Shown here piece by piece: positions 1 to 11,200 of a DNA stretch of 64,000 nucleotides. Below the pieces are notes generated by a model that saw only the letters and a list, made by a program, of their open reading frames with translations, ran no database searches and was not told where the DNA came from. The stretch's first letter is position 1, and every line of letters begins with the position of its first letter. Source of the stretch: Botryllus schlosseri (Eukaryota); NCBI GenBank assembly GCA_051294905.1, contig CM119372.1:9488001-9552000 (forward strand). Reading direction: 5' to 3'. Both the position numbers and the translations under genes were made by a program.

Positions 1-36
1 TCTGCGCACTGAATCGACCCAGACATGCTTAAGACG

Positions 37-227
37 TGATATCTGCGCTCTAAACGAAGCGTGACCTTTATATGACCTCGATGTCTGCGGTTTTTGGTGA
101 TATCTGCGATATCTGAGTATATCCACAATGATATCTGCGATATCTGCGATATCTGAGTATATCCACAGTAGTGATATCTGCGATATCTGCGATACCTGCG
201 ATATCTGCGATATCTGAGTATATCCAC
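37..227. repeat. Tandem array of GATATCTGC 9-mers, with a higher-order unit ending GATATCTGAGTATATCCAC
   Basis: Directly visible, densest at 98-227; it creates the spurious DIADIA ORF at 68-376. It may be the subterminal repeat of a transposon truncated by the window edge. Confidence 0.8.
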
Positions 228-799
228 GGGGCCTCTCTGCTAAGGTAAATGCAGAGAGTAAGAGACGAATGTGTTGAATCGTCCACCGTCAAGTAATTTG
301 CAACGAACGAAATGCAATAACGGCAGTGACAAGGGTACGAAAAAAGTTGAACAGTAGCCAGGGTGTGCCAATGCAAAAGAAGTCATCAAAACGCCATTGA
401 GTATTGAGCAGATCACGAACGCCACGGGAAACAACAAAGAACGAAAATCATAACATAATAATATAGCAATGTTTTGAGGTATTCTCATAGCTATGGACCT
501 TCATCCATTTATAGTGGTCGTGGCATACTGGTAAATTGAAATAAATATCCGTTAAGTTATCGGGATAGATTTCATTGCAAGTTTTCGTATGCTTAATGCT
601 GCTGGTATCACTGGTATGCAGAATAAATGAGTCAATATTGAATGAATAAGATCACAATTCACAATAATATAATATCATTGACTTTCTCTTTGGTAATAAT
701 ATCAAATATTACTGTGTCTATTCAAATACATTTATATGATAGATAAGAATAATAAGTAACATAATTCCAATTTCTTTTATCACCGAATGATTCTGCTTG

Positions 800-1130
800 T
801 GCTTGGTGAAACTTTCCTTTTTCAATACAGTGTCTCCAACTGCCATTCTTTGCTTTTTCCCACTTGAAAAAGCTTTCACCCATTCTAGCATCTCTCCTGT
901 TATTCCATACCATTTTATGACTTGTGCAGTACTATATAGTGTGAGGAACTTTCTCTATTAATCTTTTCTAAATCAAGGTAGCCTATACCGTATGTGACAT
1001 CTTCGTCGCTTCATGTATTTTGTCAATGTCGATACAATAATGGTTGACGACAGGGAATGCACTTGCGATGTTGGTCTAAACACCTAAACCTATGATAACG
1101 GAGTGGATTCTGAAAGCTCGAGAATCATGA
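800..1130 (-). mobile_element. Degenerate CR1/L2-type LINE reverse transcriptase fragment
   Basis: Minus-strand translation, with stops and frameshifts, gives YLDLEK..EKVPH..KWYGITGEMLEWVKAFSSGKKQRMAVGDT. This matches the CR1-group RT pattern YLDFxKAFDKVPH..YGIxGxxLxWIxxFLxxRxQRVxV. Confidence 0.65.
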
Positions 1131-1534
1131 ATGTAAAAATTGCTTCTTAAAACAGACTGCACATAAATCTAGGTGTGAAATCTCTTATTTTTTTAGGTCA
1201 CTAAATAACGTATTATACCTTGAGTCTCATTGATATAAGATACAGTCAGACTTGAGCTGAAAAGTTGTGCTTTGTATAATTCAGTTATGTTATTATGTAG
1301 GGTTGTATGCTATGTCTGCATATAAGACGGGAATCTTGGTCCCGTGAATTATTTTTGCTTTTCATTCAGTTTTCAGTGAAAAAAGATGCCTGCTTGGTCT
1401 ACAAGTAGAATAACTTCGTAAATTTCTACTCAAGTAGAAGTAGCGATTAACCAGTACGTATTCTAGGCCTGGTTTTGGCCTGAAAAACTGAAAACTATCA
1501 TATAAGAGTAGACATAGCCTAGTCTAAAATCTTA

Positions 1535-1980
1535 GTCCGAGTCACAACACTTTGACTTTGAGTCAAAGTGTTGTGACTCGAGTTCAAGTCACTGTGTTCA
1601 CTGTTCAGTTTTGAGTTCAATCCAGTTCAACCCACTTTTTCAACTCTGTTCGAGTGATATAGAATGGTTCGCATTCATAATATCGTAATTTTCATCAGTC
1701 GTAACAAGTTTCCGGCCCTATTTTCCAAGTATCAGGACTGTCGACTGACAGAGGAAATATCAAAAATGTGGTGATTTTACTATTATTCGCAGTTACAATG
1801 AAATGAATTGGCCGTCCTGCTCTCGAATCATATGATTTGGTTTGAGTCATGCACAATAACTCTAGTACAAGTCGAGTCGATACACAATTTGCTTCTAGTC
1901 GAGTCATTTTACACATTTGAAGAAATTACTCGAGTCAAGTCGAGTCACCAAAAGTTGTGATTCGAGTCACAACAACCCTG
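1535..1980 (-). mobile_element. Truncated copy of the GACTCGAGTC-rich hAT-like MITE family
   Basis: Ends in ACAACCCTG at 1980. The interior is the reverse complement of the intact copies at 40231, 51156 and 55130. Confidence 0.75.
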
Positions 1981-2260
1981 CCAAAAATAGTGTCATTATG
2001 ATTGCTATTTTCATCTATTGAACCTGCATATGGATTGCATAATAAGATATTGTCAATCAATGTGTTGACAAATGACACCTTTTGTCTTAGATAAAGAGAG
2101 AGGTTATATCCTCATTATTGCATCATACATATTTTAAGTAAATTAAATCAGTGATGAAAACCACATTGTAGTAGCGTTTAAAATAATAGTATTTTTTTTT
2201 TTTCAGCGGTTTGATTTAGGCCTTCAGCTGTCGACTGATTGAGTCGCTGAAAATTGGAAC

Positions 2261-5200
2261 ATGGCGGATTCCCAAGGAAATAATAGTACCCGACTCCGGA
2301 GGAATATCTCGAAAATTGCATTCAGAAATAAGGAGCGGGTATGTCTATTTGTAGTCCGCTCTTGTGGACTCTGCATAATGAGCGTCCCTCGTGCGCAGGT
2401 TATGAGAACGATTGGACGTGCTGAAGAGACCAAAGACGAGATAATTGACAACTATGTAATGCTGATCAACAAGCAACAGGTACAGCACTACATAAAATGG
2501 CGTACCGGTACAATTTCAAAACAAATGTTGCGGACCTGTGAACCTTCGAAAATCGAAATTTACTCGAAATGTAATGGCGACAAATGTATACAATTGAAAT
2601 GCAATATTGGAAATTTCATTTAATGCCGCGTTTTTGATATTATATGTACTTTGTTCTATTAAAGTTTCTACGGCAAGCTAGCAAGGTCGGGTTAAATTTC
2701 TCTATTTATTGAATTTTGATGGACCCGGAAAATTTTCTTCCATGCCAGTTACAAGCGTTAGAACCTCATTTGTGATCAGCTCCAGCAGGGTTCACCGATG
2801 CGATTTCTGGAATCCCGTTACTGCTCTGATTTTTAAATGTCGAACATGATAAATGCTACCGTTGGATGTTTACTCAATAGCTCTATTTACTGATCCATGC
2901 CTGTATGACGCTTAATGTTTTTGCAATGTTGTGTCGGCTAAATTATGTTGACCTGGCCAGCATCAATCATTAGCCAACCTCTCACATGCATGTCCTTATA
3001 TTTGATCTGTAGTCGGAATGTGCTTACCGCAGGGTGTTGCAAACACCTGGACATGAAATTGCCGGCTATGCAGTGTATTAAATGCAATCATTCGTGTTTG
3101 TGATAAATCGACGTGTTGGATACACAGAAACAAAATGTAGCTCGTCTGTATGCATTTGGAAAACGAAGCTAGCTTGTGATGAATCATTTACTCGCCCTGA
3201 TAATTCTATGCCAGCGACCAGATTTTTATCTGTGGAAGAGCATGTTGTCAATAATGGTTAATTATCCCCATTTGTATATTTATATTTTTTTACGAATAAA
3301 AATCAGGTTTGTCAGATTATATCAAACTGTCCTACAATTACTGTCCTCCAAATCCATCCAAACTATTTCTCGTCACATTCATCACTAATTGTTCATAATA
3401 ATACAAAATATATGAAAACTAGTAGTAAACTACAGACATGAAATTTTATTGTCATTTTATTTGCTTGCAAAAATTCCATTTTTCGAGTGATTAATGTGGT
3501 TTGGCCTGAAATATACAGCTTTGCTTTATACTTGGGTTTGCAATGGTGCATGTGATGACCTGAATGCCAACTTCCAATGCGAAAACTCATTGATGATTTC
3601 ATGCTTACTGCTGCTATTATATGTGTTCAGTGTGACATCTAGTAAATTTCTAGTAAATTTCAAAGAGTAGGCTAAAAAGGAAATTTCATTGAGTGCAGCA
3701 GGTTAACCCTAAAGGCCTAAACACTTGTCTTTTTTCAGTTGCAAATGCAGAAGTTGCAAAGGGATATGAAGCAATATTTACAAGCAATAAAAGGTTTGAA
3801 TTTCATGCATCGTTTTTCATTGCATTATTTCACTTCAATGTATTTTTTAGCCATGAGCTTGTCAAAGAAAGCCTTTTATAGTTCTTTATATGAAGTTTAC
3901 GATGACGAATGGGATGGTAAGGATGTGGTAGCCTCGTGTTCACAGGTATGCTGAATTACCCTATCTAATATTACATCTTTCAATTTTAACAATGTCGCTT
4001 TTTCAGCGAAACGAATCACTGTACGATGATATTTTTGCAAGATTTCAATCTGAAGTTTTAGAGTTGTTGCAGAACCACTTATCAGAAGTAAGCAAATCTC
4101 ATTTATGACCTGAGGTTATTGGCGACTGACGCTACTATTTTTGTATCCATATTTTTCAGTATCAGAAATGCAAAACCTGTATAGAAAAGAGGGGGCGTAA
4201 ATTGGTGGATTATGATGCAGCCAGACGAGCGGTGCAAGCTATCGAGGCGTCCAGAAAACCCGATCCGACCAAGGTTGATAAGGTATGATTTGCCTGTCTT
4301 GGTGTATTATCGGTCTTGTTCATTTGATTTTGCATAGTTTATAGTAATTGTCACCGTCTGATTAAGGCACCATTCCAACTGCAAGTTTGTGGTTTTAAAA
4401 ATCACAATGCATCTGCCTATGACGGACATATATGCAATAGTAATGGATTTGATATATCATCTCAAATGATATCAATCTTCAGCAGTTAATAATTGTTGTT
4501 CATCGTTGCTTTATGAGCTTTGGGTTTGTTGTGCGCATCTGAAATTGCAAATTTGTTATATTATAGGAACTCGTAGAGTAAAGATTGACAAAATGCATAC
4601 CCAGTATGAAACCGAATGTGAATGCCCTTGTATTCTTTGGTACGCATCACACTATTCTGTTGCTATATATATATACTTGGGATGTATAGTGGCGTGACGC
4701 AATTCCGAACCAATGTTTAACGTCCCAACAGTCGAGAGAACATTTACGGCAAGCGCAAGAAATTTACGAAGAATTGAACAACTTCCTCCATCAACAATTG
4801 CCGACGTTGTACGACTCGCGGCTGTCCGTTTGTGTCAACATTTTCTCGAGTATCTGCGAGAGCGAAAACGTGTTTTCGTCCGATGTCTCGGAGGTAAGAG
4901 GAAATGCTTTGCGGTTACATGTGCCGATAAAACTCAATTTGATCTGTTTCTCTTTTTCAAAGCTGAGAACGAAGCTAAGCAACGTGCTGTCAAATCTTAA
5001 AACGTCGTTTGATAATGGAAACTATCGTATCCAAAGAATGCAGACACCGCTGTGAGTTTAAAATTCTTGAATCTTCCATGGTATTCTTGAATGTACCTTT
5101 TCGCCTGACGTATTCGGTTTGTTTTTCGCTGCACCAGTGTGTATGTTCCTCCAACGGGACCTGCACATAAACAAATCTACAATCCACGTAATTATTGTTG

Positions 5201-8200
5201 GAGAAAGGCTTGTGATCAGGGTCGTAACTTCCGCACCCAGAAACCCCCTAATTGGGGGACGGGGCAAGCTCGAAAGGGGCCTAAAATTATAACGTAAATA
5301 CACAAAAATTGTATGCTATTTTTAAGACATTTATTACACTTGAATATATTCTTCACACGATTTAATGTTGTTAGATTTATTGATTTGACCAACACATATG
5401 ATGTTTTGGCTAACAATGTGACTCAGTGAAGTGTGCTGTCTAATAATTATCGGTGGCAAGAAAATCTTGGACGAAAATGGCCGGAATCTTCGATATAATG
5501 TATATCCTTATCCAATTGTCAATATGCCACAGTTGCATGAATGGCTGCTGCAAAATACTCATGTCCTTGCAATCTGGTACCAACAGTAGAACCGGTAAAT
5601 CTGATCACGTTGAATGGGAGAGGATAAAAATTACCAATATTATCGACTAAATTTAGTCACGAGTTCAAGAATAGACATTCGGTAATATACATGCTGTGTA
5701 GTGTGTATGTATTGAAAGTCTTGCTTTATAGTAGTGGTGGAATGGGGCAGCGGAAATGGGTGGACTAAGTGGGAGGGGTGAAACCAGAAATTTGATTAAT
5801 CAACTTATAAAGGAGGCCCAAGACGATTCTTTTTTGAGGGGGAGGGGGGTGACGAAGTGCTTTTTGGAACCTGCTTGTGATACATGATTATTATCATTGT
5901 GTTTTTTCCTCTCAAGCCCTTTGAAGTGTGCCTCAAATGCGCTACAAAACTGTTCCACTTCTTGAGTTTTTCTGAGCTTGTTAGCCGACAGCCTATAAAT
6001 AATTGAATATGATTTGCCTTATTAAATTTTGTGCACGTTACTCTCTGAATTACAGAGATAATGGTGCCCAGCCCAGTCCCAGCGTCAGCACGGTGCCTCG
6101 GTTAAAAATCCCGCCGACGACAGAACAATTTGCCAGCGTTCACAACAGCGACACCATGCCGGCCCCGAAAACGCCCAGCGAAAACGAGATTGTGAAGCCT
6201 AGCAATGCCAGCGACCCAAGGTACGGTTTGCAGTTGTTAGTTCTTGTAACCTGATAGAATCGTTGTGTGTTTGGGAAGCTCATTAGATTAGACTCCTGAC
6301 CCCCATAAATAAAAGGTGAACATGGCTTGACTCGAGTCACTTTGCAAAAATGACTTGACTTGACTTGACTCGACGTTCCAGAAATGCGAATTGACTCGTG
6401 ACTCGAAGCAAAATTGACAAGTCAATTTCAAGTCATCAAGTAATCGATGTCGACTATCGCTGTATCTTGTGTAGGCTAAGTTCGGATTGTTAACGAGTCG
6501 TTGGTGTGACCTGTTCAGAGCAACCAATCACTCAATGATTGTGCGTTTAACCGAGCCTCCACTGTTATATCACAAATAAATTGATCGCAAACGCAGTGAT
6601 CGCACCTTACAGCTTACGTTGTCGAAAACTATAAGTAATTGTTCTATAAACTGCTCACAGTGCCCAGTGCTCACCTTAACCAACCCTCTTGTATGATTTA
6701 AATCGAACGAATATCCTCCATACGTTTATAATTGTATATCATGGATACGTAGGTGGGTAGGGTATTGCACCATATCCTTTTTGCAACTTTCTGAGGCTTC
6801 GTATTTCATCCTGTATTTTGGCTGATAATTCTAGACTGGGGCTACTGATACTTGCGTAGTTTCGCAGTTCTGTGTATGTGTGAGCGCCTTTTTACGTGTG
6901 TAATCAACTCTGTATTCATTCCTCGACTCAGAATAAATGGGAACTCCATCTGTATTTCAAACAGTTAGCATAATGCAATGACTTCAAATCATGTCTTGTA
7001 CTTTGAAAATTCAACTTGACTTGACTTGACTCGAGTCACTTCCAAAAATCTTGTGCCTTGATTTGACTCGAGTCACCTTTGAAAATCGAGTGACTTGACT
7101 TGACTCGAGTCAAAATGTGCAATGACTCGTGACTCGAAGGTAGTGACTTGATCCCAACACTGTCTTACGGAGTACTCTATCTGTATATATTTCGATTCGA
7201 ATAACAACGCGGTATCCTTTACAGTGCACACGAATACGTGAATTTGCAAATCGGTCCGATCTCGGCCGCAGAAAAGCCAGAGGATGAGCAAGCGGGCGGC
7301 GGCGACAATAATCAGAGCAAAAAGAAGGTATATTTCGTTCTTACCTTCATTTTTTGTCGGTGTATTAACCACTTTCCTTGGAAACTCAAAGATGGAAGAA
7401 AACATGTACCTCACCCCGAACGTTCCCTACGAACGGCGTCATTCCGATTACGCGATGGCGTCCGATTTCGCGGCACTGTCCCAAAGACCGCAACCGGTTG
7501 GCATGTCGCGTGACCCAATGCCCGGCCGCGTTTTTCGTAATCCGTCCGACCGCCGCAACGCACGGCCCCCGATACCGAGGCCGTTGCCGCGGGCTTTGAG
7601 CGCCCCGCCCGGTCGTAGGCCTATTGTGAGGAGACACCCGAAACTTGCCCCGTGCGGAAAGCGTCACAATCTGAAATACGTTGGGGTCGACGGGGTTGAT
7701 GGCAGAAGTGCCCTGTCCATTTTGAATCGGCCTAAGGTTTGTTGGAAAGGAAATCACCCCCCTGAGCTCGCGTTCTGTTGAATCCATATTCACTTTCTGA
7801 CTAACCTCGCCTTACGGAAGGGATAATCTCGCGTAGCCGAAAGGGCTGGGCAAAATCGAGAGCCTGAGTGATGTGATTCGGAATTTAGTATTAATCGTCA
7901 AGTTAAGTATTTGAGTATCACACATTTTGATTATGGATAGTTCAAATATAGACCTTGTATGCAACCACATAGAAAATAAGGTCTGTTCTATACCATTGAT
8001 AATTATATATATTTTGACCGTGAATGCATCATTGAACTTCATGACAAGCTCTAGGTTGATCACAATTTCACAGAAATGTCATTACTACTAACATGCATAG
8101 CTGCGTCCTACCTGTTTGGATACTGCGATACCATTATTCGAGGTTTCGATGATCCTGTGTTGGGAGAAATAGTGTATAAACTATAAATCTCGTTGATAGT

Positions 8201-11200
8201 GTAGAACTCCTCTCATCATAAACGTCGTCACTCTCCTGAGTTTTGTATTTGAGTTTTCAATCACCTTTCGTTTATCGCGAAGCTGTTCGGTTCAATACGT
8301 TGTTACGTTAAACAGAAAAGCATACGTCCAGCGTCCATGTTTGTGGCGTCCAGCGCCAAATTGTCGACGGCTGATGGAGAAGCCGCCAGAGAGAAAGACG
8401 GCGATAAGAAAAAAGAGAAAAGCCAAAAGGACGACAAGCCGCAGAAAGGCCTTTTCGGGATGCTTGGCAAGAGGCTGTCCAGGTCTACGAAGAATCTCAG
8501 TGCGGCGGCGCCGTTGTCAGTCCCGCCGAAAGAGAGTGCCCCGCCGGAAGAGAATCATGAAGTACCCGGCGAAGGGTCCGGCAATGCTGTCCCACCGCAG
8601 ACAGGGACAAGCGAACGACGCGACGATGACCGACAAGTTGTGGAAGATGAGGCAAATGACTACAGCGAAATTGGCGCGTCCGCTGTAGCCGCACGAGAGC
8701 GGATGGGAAACAGCGACCCGACAAAAGCTGCACAAGAGCAGTCGGAAACGGACGACTCGGCAGAAGCCACGGGACATGAGATGCAAAACGGTGACTCATC
8801 GAATGCCGCAAGAGCGGACACTGAAAAAAGTGACTCTGCAAAAGTCGAAAATGATGACTCGGCAAAATTCACAGGAGAGCAAATTGAAAATGATGACTCA
8901 GCAAAATTCACAGGAGAACAGATGGAAAATGATGACATTGCAAAATCCGCACTGGAGAAGAAGGAAAATGGTGACTCGGCAAAAGCGGCGGATGAAAACG
9001 AGGCGATTATGAATTCGACCTCTGTGACGTACGCGACGGTTCAGAAAAAATCGGTGAGCGCCGAAGAGCCGCGTCAAATCGGAGAGACAGTGGAAGACGG
9101 AGTTGCCGATCGCAACCACCAGAGGGAAAAGGCAGAGGACAAAACTGATCCGTCTTTGCAGTTGAACGATTCAAAGTCTGACGAAGAAAATCGCGAGAAT
9201 TTCACGGACCAGTCCCACGATTTCACCGATCAGTCTGGGCAATTTGCGGATGAGTTTTTCCGTGACGACGGTTTCGTCCATTTCGATCACGCCGCCGGAG
9301 CCACCGTCGATGAAAGTACAGCTTTTGGCGAAGCCGCCGGCCCAGTCTCTGCGGGATTCGATGACGGGTTCGGTGATTCCTTTTCTGCCCCGGCGCCTGC
9401 CCAGGTTGACGGATTCTCAAACGAACCGTTTGACGCGGCCGACCCAAGTCCTGACATGGCTCTCGACCTAGACGAAAGTGTTTTCGACCCAGATACCCCG
9501 ATCTCTCCCGGTCATTTCGAGTCGGTTGGCGGTGGCGACTCGGATTTCAAAGCCGATTTCTCACAATTCGACAATGCGCAATTTGAGTCGATTGTGAATA
9601 AGGGAAATGATAACGTTCAAGACGAAGTTTTGCAGCCAGAGAGCGAAAATGCGGATTCAGATCTTGCCAAGAACGACACAATTGCTCTTTCGAATTTGGG
9701 TGGTCCTGAATTGAGTTCGTTTGAGGGTGTGTCTGAAGATGGTGGCGCTGTTTTGAAGTCGGCTTCCGAGGATGAATTCGCTCTGTGCTACGAAGATACA
9801 GCCGGTGTTGGTGTAAAAATGCCAGATGTTAATTGTGACACGCATCGGCCCAGAGATATCGTTACGCATGATGCGGCGGCTGATTTAGATTCTTTGCCGT
9901 CTGATGATGACGCAGAAATGGCAGGAAACGTGGATTCAAATCTTGTAGCAGCTATCGAAAATAGTGTGGTTGTCACAGCCACAAATGCGTGCAAGCTGAA
10001 TTATGCCGGAGATGAAATCGTGAAGGCCGACGGTGATGTATTGGACGATAACCGCGTGCAGAGTGATGCTCGGCCTGCGGTCAGTATTGCGAATCAAGAA
10101 GGCAAACAAGTGTCCACGGCTTCCGAGCCACCAGGAGACGATTTAGATATGGCGGCGCAATCAACCTTTCCGCGTGTGTCTGGGCATTCTGTGGCATCAG
10201 ATGAAGGGCATGATACGTTGGACCCAGTCACTGGCGTAGTCAATACAGATGCGGATGCGAAATCGACCAGTCCTCATGCGCCAGGACATTCTGTGTCGTC
10301 AGACAGTGCGCAGGATTCGCAGGACCAAGTACCGGGCGTGCAGGATTCACCGGGCAGGGGTTCGAGCCCGTCTGAAGTAAGGGACTCACACGGGTGGCGA
10401 TTCTCAGTTGTCGTGTTGCGTGTCTGTAATTTGCTTGCTGTGTCCACGGGTCTCACCGGTAATTTCGGGAGTTTGAAGCAGTTGGTGTTGTTGAAGATTT
10501 TGCAGAAGACCGACGCGCTGTAATTTGCGGTTTCGCAATCACGAGAGAATGATCACAATGTCGAGAGTGCAACAAGACAAGATTTTTGTGGCGTGTTCGA
10601 TTCTGGTTTTTGTACAATTTATATTTTAGAGTGTGGCATTGAAATTGAGCGAGAGACGTGCGAATTCGCGTTTCTACGTTAATATTAATCAAGATTTTGA
10701 TCTACTCAATTTGTTTGATCAAACTGTTATCGTGCGTTCGCGATCGTTTTTGATTTCTCGATCATTTCCTCATCGCCCGATCTTCACGAAGCATGATTTG
10801 ATTTGAATTAGCCTCACGGGCACAAATGCTGAACCCGTCTGGCGAATATTCTCGAAATAACTGACGTTCCTGTATTCAGCTTCCCCTGCCCCATGAAGTT
10901 AATCACGACGCCGCTGGAAGTTCCGAAATATCACCAATCTACGAAGAACCTCCGAGAGACGATTGTGAGCGAATTTCTTTGATAGTCAGTGGTCTTGTGA
11001 TAATCGTTGTTCGCCTCGGTTTGCAGTTCCTGAAGAGCGGCCTTCTGGAAGAATCAACCATCCGCCGTTTCCTCCGAACTACCTCTTTTCTGTGAGTGTT
11101 GTTATGACACTTTTATTTAAGAACGACAGTATTCGTAACCAAGATATCATAGGTGATTTGCCATACCGTCGTTTTCAAATCGAATGGTGATGTCTTATAA

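Noticed and set aside
68..376. 102-aa ORF with DIADIA repeats
   Set aside because: Artefact of the GATATCTGC tandem array; no splice or domain support.
5138..5187. Candidate extra amphiphysin exon (VYVPPTGPAHKQIYNP)
   Set aside because: It has a CAG acceptor and a GT donor, but it ends in phase 1 while the 6056 acceptor needs phase 2. It fits only with an unusual GAG acceptor at 6057, so it is left out pending RNA data.
8337..10523. 728-aa ORF as a stand-alone gene
   Set aside because: It is bounded by an in-frame acceptor (8315) and donor (10377) and is an internal amphiphysin exon. The overlapping antisense ORFs are shadows of it.
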